A stretch of 63,574 nucleotides of DNA, counting the filler, from Squatina squatina (taxonomy: Eukaryota), in the NCBI GenBank assembly GCA_031763465.1. It is 4 parts of 4 records of this genome, joined end to end, with 100 filler letters (N's around TTAATTAATTAA, not from the genome) between each part and the next. Parts side by side here need not be neighbours in the genome. Positions count along the whole stretch, not along the records: positions 33,650 to 49,565 come from JARFOE010000056.1; positions 49,666 to 63,574 come from JARFOE010000100.1; 2 more parts are not named here. One strand, 5' to 3'. A program made the translations under genes and the position numbers. Below, in pieces: positions 41,961 through 55,073 of this stretch; position 1 is the first letter of the stretch, and each line of letters begins with the position of its first letter. The notes below the pieces were generated by a model that saw nothing but the letters and a program-made list of their open reading frames with translations, did no database searches and was not told the DNA's origin.

Positions 41961-43734
41961 ATCTACCTGCTCGTTGCAAAGAATGTTTCACAACGGGTAA
42001 TTTCCTCTCAGCTATCAACAGCACCAGATCTCTCCCAGGTGTGTGGGGGGGGGGGGAATCCTTATCACTGCATCACACAACACACACCACCCATGTGATA
42101 ATTGGAAAGAACTCTTCTATCTAATTAATGCTGGAATACAGGCAGTTTGTGGCAACTAAAAAACTAACCTGCCTGAACACGTAGTCTTCATTTAAACTGG
42201 TTTCTAACTACAAAAGCAAGTTCAGTACAGACTCAATTTGCATTTACTTTCTTCCCTTTGGGGCAGCAGCAGGTCAGAAGATTCATTTAGTTACTAGCCA
42301 TTAAAAGTCTAAGTTCCTATTTTTAAAAATGGAAACATGTGCACATCTATCACAGTTCAGATTTAACTCATGTCCATGTATTAAACAAGAGTAAAGTAAA
42401 CTTCTCAGAACACAGGAAAAGATTCTAAAGAACCTCCGCCCCCACCAAAAATAAACTGGAGAGGAGGTGGCTGTAATGACATCTCTGCACTTGAATCCAC
42501 TCGCCCACTGCTGCCTGGCATATTCTTGGAAACTCTGAAAACATTACAAAATAACCAGAAGGTTCTGGAATTTTTAATAAATCAGATGCCATGAAGTAGA
42601 ACTTGTTCTGACTCAAGGCCTTATAACTCTCCGCGTCAAACAGGAAGGAGGTCACAACACACGAGTTTGAGATATTCGTTCTCCCACACACAATTATCCT
42701 TTGGCAGGGGATAGAAACTGGNNNNNNNNNNNNNNNNNNNNNNNNNNNNNNNNNNNNNNNNNNNNNNNNNNNNNNNNNNNNNNNNNNNNNNNNNNNNNNN
42801 NNNNNNNNNNNNNNNNNNNNNNNNNNNNNNNNNNNNNNNNNNNNNNNNNNNNNNNNNNNNNNNNNNNNNNNNNNNNNNNNNNNNNNNNNNNNNNNNNNNN
42901 NNNNNNNNNNNNNNNNNNNNNNNNNNNNNNNNNNNNNNNNNNNNNNNNNNNNNNNNNNNNNNNNNNNNNNNNNNNNNNNNNNNNNNNNNNNNNNNNNNNN
43001 NNNNNNNNATAGTCAAGTCTCATTCTCCTGCACTGCTTTTTAAAAAAAAAAATTGCAGTGCCACGAGATGGTAAGTGGCCAGAAATTTATGCTTCCTTGT
43101 AAGTAATATTTTGATTCCTAAACTGGACAAGAGTGAATCTGTGCGTATTTGGGGAGGGAAAAACAGTGCTGGAAATTGGGTAACTTTTCTAATGTTAGTA
43201 CACGGCATCAAACATCTCTAGGTCCAATAACAGCTCAGATGCAGAGTAAAGTTGCTCCTCCTCACTGCCCCAAAAATTTGCCATAATCCTAACTCATGTT
43301 CTCTACTGAACCATTAAGATTACAACCCAATCAGTCCCAGAAAGTTAATTTACACACCATTCCACTGATGCCATTTCATTGGAAAGAAAATTAGTACAAA
43401 AAAGGTACAAGGAATTGTTATTTAAAAGTACTCATTTCAAGTCCTGCTCATGCAGAATAATGGGCTTTCTAAGCGAGAGAAAAAAAGGTATCTTATTCAA
43501 ATTATAAACAATGCAATCACATGGGGCAGGTATCCCAATACTCAGGCTCCACGCCAACACTGTAGATTAGAGACCAGATCCTTCCGCATGGAAGAGGGTA
43601 GGGCAGCGTTCGAGCTAACCTTCACCTTCAGCTCCTATTGGCAACAGGTTCCAATATCACATTGGAAAGGCCAAGAAATGGATCTTGAACTTGCAATTAT
43701 ATAGTTCCTCATCACATCATTCAGAAAAGGACCC

Positions 43735-43975
43735 AAATGTTTTACATACATAATAACGCAACAGCTGTTTTGCCATACAGCAAGTTCCACAAACAGCAAT
43801 GAGATGAATAACCAGTTAATTTACTTTTGATGATGTTGGTTGAGACAAGAACGCTAACTAGAGAGAACAGGTCATCTTCAGATAGCATCATAGGATCTTG
43901 GAATTATGGAAGCATGCAGATCCTCAGTTGAGCATCGCGTCTGAAGGAGATCACCTTGACCAATGTTGTACTTGC
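43735..43975 (-). mobile_element. Partial DeuSINE-like SINE
   Basis: cagcaagttccacaaacagcaatgagatga...gatgttggttgag matches the reverse SINE body seen at 23380-23430. Confidence 0.5.
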
Positions 43976-46603
43976 AGTAAGGCACACAAATGTAATTCTC
44001 GCCAAGTCGACTTGTTTAATATGGGCGAGAGATCGGAAGTGGGAAAGTTCCTACCACATTAATATGTGAAGCATTGTTTTTGCCAAAATTTATAGGTGTA
44101 AAAAAGTGAAAATTCCACTCTTTGGAAAGATCAAAGATTGTTTTCATAATTTAAAAAAAGGTCACTATTGCAGATATGCAAGGGCCTTACATATGGCAAA
44201 AGTAAATATTTTGTACAGGAAAGGCACTATTTTGAAAGGGGTGTGGAGCAATTTTGCACATGTAGCTCAAGTGAAGACCACGTTGATCTAATGCTTTCAG
44301 CTGTTCTGACGCAAACTTAACATTCCACATGGTTTTGCTCAAAATCCAATGAATGCAGAAGACTCCACATTTAAAGCTGCATATTCCAAAAATAAGCATG
44401 CATCACTGCTGGTTGTACTACAGTTATTTTTTTTTTAAATATAAAAATAAGCCCTCAAACAGCTCGTTATTTTGAGTGCAAACTAATAAGTTGACCCTTG
44501 AAATACAAAGAGCTGAAGTCTGAACTAAAATGGGACGGCTACAATCCAAATTAAATCACGATACAGAAATGTTATCGTCACACATGGTACTTCTCCTGTG
44601 CACAGATAATGTGGTCTCACATTTATGCCCTGAGTGCTCTTTTGGAGCATATTCCTCAAAATTCCTGCTTCCATGTTANNNNNNNNNNNNNNNNNNNNNN
44701 NNNNNNNNNNNNNNNNNNNNNNNNNNNNNNNNNNNNNNNNNNNNNNNNNNNNNNNNNNNNNNNNNNNNNNNNNNNNNNNNNNNNNNNNNNNNNNNNNNNN
44801 NNNNNNNNNNNNNNNNNNNNNNNNNNNNNNNNNNNNNNNNNNNNNNNNNNNNNNNNNNNNNNNNNNNNNNNNNNNNNNNNNNNNNNNNNNNNNNNNNNNN
44901 NNNNNNNNNNNNNNNNNNNNNNNNNNNNNNNNNNNNNNNNNNNNNNNNNNNNNNNNNNNNNNNNNNNNNNNNNNNNNNNNNNNNNNNNNNNNNNNNNNNN
45001 NNNNNNNNNNNNNNNNNNNNNNNNNNNNNNNNNNNNNNNNNNNNNNNNNNNNNNNNNNNNNNNNNNNNNNNNNNNNNNNNNNNNNNNNNNNNNNNNNNNN
45101 NNNNNNNNNNNNNNNNNNNNNNNNNNNNNNNNNNNNNNNNNNNNNNNNNNNNNNNNNNNNNNNNNNNNNNNNNNNNNNNNNNNNNNNNNNNNNNNNNNNN
45201 NNNNNNNNNNNNNNNNNNNNNCAACTGCTCTTTTGGCTCATGATCTCTATTCTTCAGCCACTCCAGCTGAGGATAGCTAACAACACAGACCATGAATTAA
45301 ACCTGGGGGTTTCTGATTATTTTTAACACATCAAAAGGATGTGGAATGTCCTTACAAACGTCAGGAACACTGACAGGAAATGGAATTCTGCCAAATGTAG
45401 CATTGAACAAATATTTCACATGTAGGAACAAATTATACAAAAATGCAATACTGCTACCAATAAAACATCTGCTACAAAAGCAGTCACTTCTGCAAGACCA
45501 GCATTTCTCCACCCCCCCCAGGATTTTGGGAAGATGACATTGATCACGGCCCTCCAATGGTCCCAGGTACATATAGGTCACATATTTTTCAATCTTTGTG
45601 TTCTCTACAAAGGAAAAACAAGTGTACAACCAGAGGCAAAAGACTGCCAGCAGTGAAAGAATGGCTAACACCAGGTCTCTCATTGGACTTAAAGCGGAAG
45701 CTTTGCAACTCCTGGGTGGACACAAACGTTGGAGGAGAGCTGCTAGGTTTAGATTGGTAATGGGATGGAGTACTTACACAACTGTGAGATTTTGCTGTTT
45801 ACAGATAGTCTGATGACATTAAAGTATTGCTTAGTAACATCTTCTGATTCACAAGTCCTTTGTGTCCATCACAGTGGCTGAACATTTACAGAAAAAGCTT
45901 CCGACAAGCAGCCTGACACCTTCAGAGGGACCTTTCACCCACTGGACTCATCCACTCTGTCTGGTACCTCACTTACTCACACACTAGCTCAGATATACCC
46001 ACTTGGGACAAGGGCACTAATGAGACCGAGGAGATATAACTGGGCAAATCACAGAGCACCAGGGAGCAGTAGGATCTGGGAGGCATTGATGAAAAAACAA
46101 CTGCCTCTTCCCAGCAGAAACAACTGAGCTTGACTGAGGAGTTGAAGGACCAAAAATTCAACAGTTTAGTCTTTAAAAGGTCTGTGATTTAGGAGTATAG
46201 GTTTTAATTTCTGCCATTGGACACAGTCTCCTCTAACACAATGTGAATGGTGGAAACATTGGAGGAATCTGCAACCTGCCTCTGCACTACAAGGCAAGAG
46301 GGAAAGAATGACATGAGGAAACCCGTGGGTCTGTGGCAGTCCAGGAGCTCAATGTAGCCGCAAGATGCAACGTGAAGTTGCTGTTTCAAGATTGGCATCA
46401 ATGGCTGCTTCCATTGTTAGCCTGAAGAGCACTCTAGCTCAGAGCTTTCAGGACTTAATTGGGGCTGTTTAACCTGCTCTCACACTGATCACTAGCCCAG
46501 CTGNNNNNNNNNNNNNNNNNNNNNNNNNNNNNNNNNNNNNNNNNNNNNNNNNNNNNNNNNNNNNNNNNNNNNNNNNNNNNNNNNNNNNNNNNNNNNNNNN
46601 NNN

Positions 46604-47235
46604 AGCACAACATGGTGATGCTAAAGAAGCGTTGCCATGGCGCTGACCCGGTCAATGTAGTGGCACTGCCGGATTGCGTTGGCAGCGTGGCTGGTGCTAC
46701 GCTGCCGAGGTCAGCGCGCCTGCGTCAGCCGCAGCCCCGCCTCCTACCGTAAAGGGGAGGGCTGCAGGCAGACTCAACGGAGGCCAGCCCAGCGCTGCTA
46801 GACCACCACGGAGTTGGGTCCAGGTGGGGAAAAATGCCGGCATGCCAGAGACCATGCCGGCAAATGAGGCCAGCGGCAATGGCAGCCAATTGGCCGCCAG
46901 ACATCGGTCGATAAAGAAGTTGGCTGATGGCGCTGTCCCCGTGCCTTTAACCTGTCATTGCCAATGCCTGGGGTCTTGCTGGTGAGCTGCCCTCCATTTC
47001 CGGAGGCGGCTCACCAGCAACGCAGAGGGGGGTCGTGGACCGGCATAAAGAGGTCAGCACATCACTTGATGACGTTGCGTGTCCGACCCCGACGCCAACA
47101 GCATCCCCGGCAACAAGGCCTTAGCGCCACCAGCATGGGCAATTCAGGAAATTTTCCATTATGCTGCTTTCGCACCCGGGTAGCACCACTGTTCAGTGCT
47201 ACCCGGGCGTGACAGCGCACCAATTGGGCCCGCGT
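46604..47235. mobile_element. GC/CpG-rich non-autonomous DNA-transposon-like repeat (Harbinger-like); similar blocks at 27149-27362, 53170-53646, 54740-54930 and 61300-61570
   Basis: Abrupt GC/CpG-rich blocks in an AT-rich background with related termini (gggcccgaaatt / gagccgaaattccc / aatttccaacccc) and no coherent ORF. Confidence 0.4.
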
Positions 47236-47666
47236 AGGAACATAGGAACAGGAGTCGGCCATTTAGCCCCTCAAGCCTAATCCACCATTCAATGAGATCA
47301 TGACTGATTTGTGACCGAACTCCATATACCCGCCTTCTCCCCATATCTCTTAATACCTTCGGTTAGCAAAAATCTTTCAATTTCAGATTTAAAATTAACA
47401 ATTGACCTAGCATTATTTACCATTTGTGGAAGTGAGTTCCAAACTGCTATCATCCTTTGTGTACAGAAGTGTTTCTTAATTTCACTCCTGAAAGGCCTAG
47501 CTCTCCAATTTTTAGACTATGCCCCCTAGTCCTAAACTCCCCAACTACTAGAAATAGTTTCTCTCCAGCTACACTATCAGGTCCCCTTAATATCGATAAC
47601 ACTTCAATCAAATAATCCCTTAAACTTTTAAGTTCCAGGGACTACAACCCGAGTTTGTGTACTCCC
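47236..47666 (-). mobile_element. CR1/HER1-type LINE 3' end
   Basis: ggaacataggaacaggagtcggccatttagcccctcaagcc tail followed by ORF2 C-terminal sequence. Confidence 0.75.
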
Positions 47667-47766
47667 NNNNNNNNNNNNNNNNNNNNNNNNNNNNNNNNNN
47701 NNNNNNNNNNNNNNNNNNNNNNNNNNNNNNNNNNNNNNNNNNNNNNNNNNNNNNNNNNNNNNNNNN

Positions 47767-48282
47767 TTCCTGCTCTCACCCTGAACTGGAAAATTTCATC
47801 AACTTTGCTTCCGATTTCTAACCCACCCTCACCTGCACATGGTCCATCACGGACTCTTCCCTTCCTCGACTTCTCTATCTCCATTTCTGGGGATAGGCTG
47901 TCGATCAATGTCCATTGACTCCCACAGCTACCTCGATTACACTTCCTCCCACCTTGCTTCCTGTAAGGACTCTCCCAGTTTCTCCCTCTCCGTCACATCT
48001 GTTCCATACCGGTGCTTCCGATATGTCCTCCTTTTTCCTCAACCAAGGATTCTTCTCCACCGTGGTTGACCGGGCCCTTTACTGTGTCCGTCCCATTTCC
48101 CACAGTTCTGCTCTCACCCTTTCCCTTTCCTCCCAGAGAAATGATAGGGTCCCCCTTGTCCTCACCTTCCACCCACCAGCCTCCATATTTAATGGATCAT
48201 CCTCCGCCATCAGCAAACATATCTTTCCCTCCCCTTTCAGTATTCCAAAAGGGACCATTCTCTCCCTGATGCTCTGGTCCAC
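47767..48282 (+). mobile_element. Penelope-like element RT C-terminal fragment
   Basis: LPFLDFSISISGDRLSINVH / DSHSYLDYTSSHLASCKDS / RVPLVLTFHP are typical vertebrate Penelope (Poseidon/Neptune) motifs; frameshifted. Confidence 0.8.
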
Positions 48283-48492
48283 AGAGGGAGGTTGTGGGGC
48301 TGGAGGTAATTGCAGAGATAGGGAGGGGCAAGGCCATGGAGGGATTTAAAAACAAGGATGAGAATTTTAAAATCAAGGCTTTGCTTAACCGGGAGCCAAT
48401 GTAGGTCAGCGAGCACAGGGGTGATGGGTGAATAGGATTTGGTGCGAGTTAAGACATGGGTTGCAGAGTTTTGGATGACCTCAGGGCTACAT
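48283..48492 (-). mobile_element. L2 LINE ORF2 C-terminal fragment
   Basis: IQNSATHVLTRTKSYSPITPVLADLHWLPVKQSLDFKILILVFKSLHGLAPPYL is the canonical L2 motif. Confidence 0.85.
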
Positions 48493-49609
48493 GGGTACAA
48501 TCAGTGACACCATGGACTTGCAGAAATCCTGTCATTTCAAAAAAAAACCTGCAGTGCCCCCTCAGGTTGGTTGTTATGAAAATAATGAACAGTACATCAA
48601 TGATGAACAATACATGTATTTATAATTCATCAATGAGCTCTCTGACGTATCAGTGCACTTCAGATAAACTGATGTTCCCTGTGGCAGCTCGGATTGAGTC
48701 TGAAATGTAAAAAAGTTAGGTTGCAGTGATCTTGGCAGTTAACGTGCCTGTGCTGGAGTTTGATTGCAAGTCAGCTTGCAGCACATGGCAAAACTCAGTC
48801 ACAGCCTCCTTGATGAATCTTTGTCAGTAGATACCCTGTTCCTCTGACAAGTCTAGGTAAGACCATCTTTGCTTGTACCTGTGATAGGGAAGATAATGGT
48901 AAGTTGTGCACTCCACCTCTGGCGTAACTTGGCTTGGTGCCACCCCCTTTCTCCAAATTGTACAAATAAAATGAAAAGTCCAATGTCCCAATTTGTAGCA
49001 AGAATGGTTGGCCGAAAACCATGCCGCAAACTGTGCACAAGGCTCGTTAAGGCTCTCCAAAATATTTAAATTAGTTAACCTCATAAGGTGCTCAGTCTCC
49101 CAGCACCTGTTTGGAATAGGCACCGAAGAGGATTCCCCATTATAAAAAGTAAAAGTCATCCTATTTCTGTTGGAAGCCTCCTGTGGCAAGCTTCACCCCA
49201 CCAGAAATGCACATTGTGGGTAGAGGCTAAGCACAACTGATTTTTGCCTACACAGTTACACCCCAATTACACCCATTTAACTGACCAAAAATTACATGCT
49301 ACAATCTATGCAAGTTAACATCTCTGCTTCTTTTTAACCCTGCAAAGATAAAGGATTATCCAAAGATACAGGAAAGCTCCACTTGTGAAAGCTTACTAAT
49401 TGTGTGCATGTATTTATTGTTAATAACATAAAATTAGCATCAGAAACAGCAGAGGATTACATCCTGCTCGTTACATTTTGCTTACCAAACAGTACATTAC
49501 ACAACTAGAAAACCTTAACAGTTCTGCTGCAGCAGTAACTGGAAAGTAAATTTCGTTAAGTGGCANNNNNNNNNNNNNNNNNNNNNNNNNNNNNNNNNNN
49601 NNNNNNNNN

Positions 49610-49621
49610 TTAATTAATTAA
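49610..49621. other. Artificial scaffold-joining linker TTAATTAATTAA
   Basis: Identical 44N-12mer-44N spacer (49566-49665). Confidence 0.95.
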
Positions 49622-49679
49622 NNNNNNNNNNNNNNNNNNNNNNNNNNNNNNNNNNNNNNNNNNNNATTCTTTGCTGATT

Positions 49680-50490
49680 TTCAAATAAACGTTCCTCATC
49701 CTCAAGCACCCGTCCAACTCCCTCTTAAAAATACTTATGGGATCGGCTTCCATCACCTTTTCAGGTAGAGTGTTCCAGATCCTGACAACTGAGTCGAAAA
49801 AATTCTCCTCTTTACCCTCTAAATATTTTGCCAATGATTTTAAATCTGTGGCCTTTGGTTATTGACCCAATAGCCAGAGGGGGAATAGATTTCCTCAATC
49901 AAAACTTATCATTTTGAAACCCTCTATTCAGCTTACTACTCTTTCTGGCAACATTGTTGCCCTCCTTAACTTCTCTAGTTAGCCATGGTTGTACATTTTT
50001 ATTCCTCAAGCGATTGCATATTTGTTGAGAATTATGAATGATTTGTTTAAGTGTTTGCCACTGCTTATCTACCTTCATATCTTTTCATCTAATTTCCCAA
50101 TTTATCTTGGCCAACTCGCCCCTCGTACCTACGTTAACTGGCTTTGTTTAAATTTAAGGCCCTCGTTTCAGACTTAACCACATCACTCTCAAACTGAAGA
50201 TGAAAGCCTATCATATTATGATTGCTCTTCCCCAGAGAATGCTTTACTAATTAACCTGTCTCATTACACAACACCAGATTTAAAATAGTTTGTTCCCCAA
50301 TTGGTTCCTCGACATATTATTCTAGAAACTGTCTCGACAGTCCATGAGCTCGTCCTCCAAACTAATTTTGCCATTTTTGGTTTGCCCAGTCTATGTGAAG
50401 ATTAAAGTCCCCCAGGATATTGCATTATCCTTGTTATTATGCTCTTCTAATTTCCTGACTTATACTCTGCCTAACATTATGACTACTATA
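49680..50490 (-). mobile_element. CR1-like LINE fragments (3' end plus endonuclease-region remnant)
   Basis: The minus ORF reads VVRIWNTLPEKVMEADPISIFKRELDGCL. Further along, attaaagtcccccagg (reverse: GDFN) and tcatattatgattgct (reverse: S.HNM) are APE endonuclease motifs. Confidence 0.7.
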
Positions 50491-51529
50491 GGGTGCCTTT
50501 CACGTGCCTATTGCATGCTCAAGTAATCCTCAACGCTCTGGGAAAGTCCTTGCACGTGTAAAGAGATTGGAGATCTGGAAGCATGAGTCTCCACCCTTTT
50601 TTCCTCTTCTTTCCCCAGGCACATGAGAGGAAAAGCATTCCATAGAGTTTTAGCTCTGTGTGGAGCAGATTCCAATGCTGAACTTGCCGTGTAAATCCAA
50701 AGTTAAGGCCCGCCGTGACTCTAGTTTAATGTTGACTGGCACTTCCACTTGCAGGGAGTTCCCACTTTGCTGCAGTGTCAGTTTAGGCCTTGACTCTAGA
50801 TTTCGGTCGCATTTACACTATAACTGTTATGTCAGCGTGAAGCACAGGTGCCTCCCATGAGTGCTACAGATGTTATGTAAGTGCACCCTGACGTGTTCTT
50901 CATTTCAGTTAGCATCAGGAAATAAATACCACAGCCTGAAATATGAATTAATTATATGACAAATCTGGTACTTTCAACACAGCATGTTTTCTGAATCATG
51001 GCCATCATGGAGTGATAGACATTTTGAGAATGTAACCAGTAGCATCCAAAGTTTGATCATTTGTTATGTATCTACTCACCAGGAGTACAAATTTTATTTA
51101 AGGTACCATGTATTGCAATGACTAGTTAAAGAGACTCAAAGCAGAGAATATGCCAATATTTTAATTAGAATGCATAACGTCTATTTTATTTTACAATGCT
51201 TTTGATCTAATATTGAATGGAAATAATTGAAAGACTTTGATAAAATGAACATTTTTCACAGTGAATTACTGAGAGTAAGAACCTGTTGCAGCCATTTTTT
51301 TCATTTCGAGACGTTGTTTGATCAACCCAAACATTTTCAGTCTCTCTGAAGCTATTATATTTTGGAATTCTTGACATCTCAAGGTAAATTAATTTAGTTA
51401 TTGAAATATATTGATTCTCATTCATTCAATATCACAGAGCAGGATGTTTCAAAGATTTTTCTTTCATTAATGAATTCAAGAAATTATATTAAATAACCTC
51501 TGTCTTTTCTTCAAATTTGAACACTTTAG

Positions 51530-51578
51530 GGCACAGCACAGATGACTGCGGGTCCACAGCATAGTTACACATCACCAG
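51530..51578 (+). CDS. Probable upstream linker exon of the same macrodomain gene
   Basis: Acceptor cactttAG, donor CAG|GTAATG, 49 nt. Reads GTAQMTAGPQHSYTSP+G and ends in phase 1, which is compatible with the 52184 exon. It lies on the same ungapped contig. Confidence 0.55.
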
Positions 51579-52183
51579 GTAATGGTCAACTCCATTCTTC
51601 CCTGTAAAATGATCCAATTTATTCTTTCAACAAACATGTACCTAACCCCTGAGCTAATTCTATAAAGAGGTAACATGCAAACTTTATATTTAACTTTTTC
51701 ATAAATGGTGTTTGTTCAACTATGTACATGTGATATGGTTCACAGAAAATCTCCTGTGTATATTTTTACATATTTATTACCTCAACAATGGCCATGCCCT
51801 AATCAGTAGGACAGTAACACTGCAGACCAGACTCTAAATACATGTTTCGCAAAGCAATTGTAATTTGTACTGACTTTAGCAAGTAACTAAAGTACACAAC
51901 AGTTCTGAACCCTAATTCCACATCCAAATTGTGACACAATGCTGATAATCTGTAAGCTCCAAATTTGTGGCCAATCTGATCTGGAATAGCCAGTTACTTT
52001 GTAAAAATTATCATGTAGATACAGCAGGGAAATACAATAATCCACCCTTCTCCAGGTGGATGGCACCATTTTGAAAGTTATACAAACATTTGATGAACTG
52101 ACACTGACCTTTGCACAGTTCCCGACATGAACTGACTGTATTTATGATGCTGAGTGAGAACAAAGTTCTTTGTTACTCTCCAG

Positions 52184-52318
52184 TTAAAAAGAGCGGACTG
52201 TTGCCTACACAGCTGAAAATCCACGATGCCATTGTGCAGGTGAAGCGTGGAGACATAACCCAGGAATCTGTGAAAGCAATAGTGAATTCCACAAATGCAG
52301 CACTGAATCTCAATTCCG
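52184..52318 (+). CDS. Exon of a PARP14/PARP15-like macrodomain protein (N-terminal part of the macrodomain)
   Basis: Acceptor tactctccAG, donor G|GTGAGA, 135 nt, phase 1-1. Encodes VKKSGLLPTQLKIHDAIVQVKRGDITQESVKAIVNSTNAALNLNS with the macrodomain GDIT...IVNS motif, resembling PARP14 macro3 / PARP15 macro2. Confidence 0.88.
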
Positions 52319-52885
52319 GTGAGAAAACTTTCTGTTTGTATTTAACCTCTTAGAGCCTAGAATTTCATTTTGTAAAATCTTTGAACATTTGAATTAAACA
52401 TTCAATCCTGTAATTTGATAGATCTGGTGAGTTCAGAATCAAAACATATTATTGTGAATTCAAAACTTGCTCTCAAAATCGATGGTAAACTCCCTCTATT
52501 GTTTTCTTCTACACCATTTTCTTCCTGATCTCCGGACATATGTCAACTGTGGCTGAGGTGATGCCACTGTAAGTTGGATAATAGGAGGTACTTGCCTCAC
52601 CTGGAGATGAGTCTCTTGGTTTTCCCTGCCTTATTTTGGGGATGTCCCGATCCTCTGCTCAGATTGAGATTAGAAACTCAGTGGAGTTTCCAGGTCAAAC
52701 CATTATCGACCCAGCCAATTTCTTTCATCTCTTTGTGGTAATGACACTTTATATAAGTGTAGTAATGAGAGGGCTGCATGTTCTGGGCATTGACCATGGA
52801 TGGCCAGAAAGCAAGCCCAAAGTTATTTGTCATGATTAAAAATGAATTAGATATTCACAAACTTTGTGGTGCCATTGTTTTTTAG

Positions 52886-52948
52886 GTGTCTCTGGGGCAA
52901 TATTTGCAGCAGCTGGCAGTAGTGTCGTGGATGAATGCAAGCAATTAG
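52886..52948 (+). CDS. Next exon of the PARP14/15-like macrodomain
   Basis: Acceptor ttgttttttAG, donor G|GTGAGT, 63 nt, phase 1-1, in frame with the previous exon. Encodes GVSGAIFAAAGSSVVDECKQL, matching the macrodomain GVS.AI...AG..V..EC segment. Confidence 0.9.
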   Translation: MSLGQYLQQLAVVSWMNASN

Positions 52949-53849
52949 GTGAGTTACAGATATATACATAGATATGCATTATATTAAAAAACAATATATA
53001 TCTTCAATCTCCAATGAACACAATTAGCTTTATGAACATAGTTGAAGGTTGACTGAGCCAGATTTATTTTTCGCTGGTAGTGGTCCTGATAACATGGTTA
53101 GAGTGTTCAATCTATAGTCATGGTCTTCATTAGTACATAAACTTCATATTTGGAAATCTTTGCACCTTAAAGAGCCGAAATTCCCTTGGGGCGCCCAGGG
53201 GGCAGTAATGCTCTGGGACCAGCATTTTTTGTACCTGCCATGGTATTTGTGATACTGTGGCGGAAATGAGATGGAGCAATGTCCACCTCACTTCTGGGAT
53301 GATATCTGGATGTTCGGGCCCTTACGTCGGGAGCATGGCGCTGACTATGTCAGCACCGCTATCACGACGTCTGTGCACCACGTCAGCTCAGCGGCATGCT
53401 GACATCAGCCGTGGCTCCGCCCCCTCCCCTAAAGAGGAGGGCCACTGGCCAACATAACGGTGCCCCGCGGCCCGCCACTGAGCCACCAGGGACTCCGGTG
53501 ACCAAGCCACTAGACCAGCACACTTGTCGGTGTGTCAGGCAAGCGGATGGCGGCCCGCTTTAGCCGCTGGCTGCCATCAGTTGGCCAACCTCAGGGTGCC
53601 GACCCGCCATTAAATTCCCCGCCTGAGGCGCACCTCTGGGACCCCCNNNNNNNNNNNNNNNNNNNNNNNNNNNNNNNNNNNNNNNNNNNNNNNNNNNNNN
53701 NNNNNNNNNNNNNNNNNNNNNNNNNNNNNNNNNNNNNNNNNNNNNNCTGTTCCATATACTACACTATGAAGTGTCTTGTGCTTACTCGAAATGTATTGTT
53801 GTGAACCACAGGAGGAAGGAAATTGAATGCTAACAGTATACATTGTAAA

Positions 53850-54370
53850 TACAACAACAATTTGCATTTATATAATTTGCATTTCCTATGCCTTTAACAT
53901 AGGAAAACATCTCAAGGTGCTTCACATGAGTGTAATTAGATATTTAAGAAGCATCTTAAAGGAGGAAAGAGAGGTGGAGAGGTTTAACGAGCGCATTCTG
54001 GAGCCTAGATAGCTGAAGGCAGGGCCGCCAATGGTGGAGCAATTAAAATTGAGGATGTGCAAGAGGCCAGAGTTGGAGGAATGCAGAGATCTTGAAGGGC
54101 TGTAGGGCTGGGTGAGGTTACAGAGAGAGGGAGGGACCAGGCAACAGATGGATTTGAACAGGATGACGAGAATTTTAAATCTGAGGCGTTGCTGGACTGG
54201 GAGCTGATGTGGGTCAGTGAGCACAGGGATGATGGGTGAATGGGACTTGGTGCGAGTTGGAACACGGGGCAGCAGAGCTTTGGATGAGCTCCAGCTTATG
54301 GAGGGTGGAAGATGGGAGATCGGCCACGGGCGACTTGGAATAGTCAAACCTGGAGGTGACAAAAGCAGGG
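53850..54370 (-). mobile_element. L2 LINE 3' end
   Basis: AFVTSRFDYSKS, TRTKSHSPIIPVLTDPHQLPVQQRLRFKILVILFKSI, GGPAFSYLG, and the ttgcatttatata tail. Confidence 0.85.
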
Positions 54371-54479
54371 NNNNNNNNNNNNNNNNNNNNNNNNNNNNNN
54401 NNNNNNNNNNNNNNNNNNNNNNNNNNNNNNNNNNNNNNNNNNNNNNNNNNNNNNNNNNNNNNNNNNNNNNCAATATCTT

Positions 54480-54708
54480 TCAGGAGTAAAATTACACAAA
54501 AAAGGTGGTAGAAGTTTGGAAAACTCTTCTGCAAATGGCAATTGATGTTCGACGAATTGTTTATTGTAAATCTTAGTAGATTTTTGTTAACCAAAGGGAT
54601 GTGGGCCAAATGCAGGTATGCGGAGTTAGGTCGCAGATCAGCAATGATCTCATTGAATGGCGGAACAGGCTCGGGGGTCTGAATAGCCTACTCCTGTCCT
54701 TATGTTCT
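54480..54708 (+). mobile_element. CR1/HER1-type LINE 3' end
   Basis: gatcagcaatgatctcattgaatggcggaacaggctcgggggtctgaatagcctactcctgtccttatgttctta. Confidence 0.75.
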
Positions 54709-55073
54709 TAGCCCACTGGTATTCGAGCCCTCATTAGCATATGTGACAGGACCATTGCCTCTTTTGGGTGGCTGCCAGCAAAATAACCGGAACCAACTTT
54801 GAGTCAGATGTTTTTTCAGGCGTTCCTGGGGCGCAGGACGTCGATCCCCAAAATTGTGACTCGTTGCACCGGTTTTGCGCCCATTTTACGCCTGTAAAAC
54901 AGGTGCAACAGGGTCCAATTTCCAACCCCATATCTCTCTCAAGCTGTGGATGTAAATAGTACTGACTTTTAATCTATGCAATACAAATTGAGCTTAGAAA
55001 TGCAGGAGAAATGTTTTTTTTTCCCCAAATGGTTAGGATTTTCACTTTTCAAGCTAGTCTATTTTGTGTACAG

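Noticed and set aside
44525-45326. Several ORFs over 200 aa in the track
   Set aside because: They consist almost entirely of X from an N gap and have no coding signal. The same applies to 60285-60841 and the other gap-spanning ORFs.
45598-45813. ORF faintly resembling a Harbinger Myb/SANT partner protein
   Set aside because: The similarity is too weak to call without an alignment.
46674-47212. GC-rich ORFs or a CpG-island promoter
   Set aside because: The block resembles other dispersed GC-rich repeats in the window, and the peptides are low-information.
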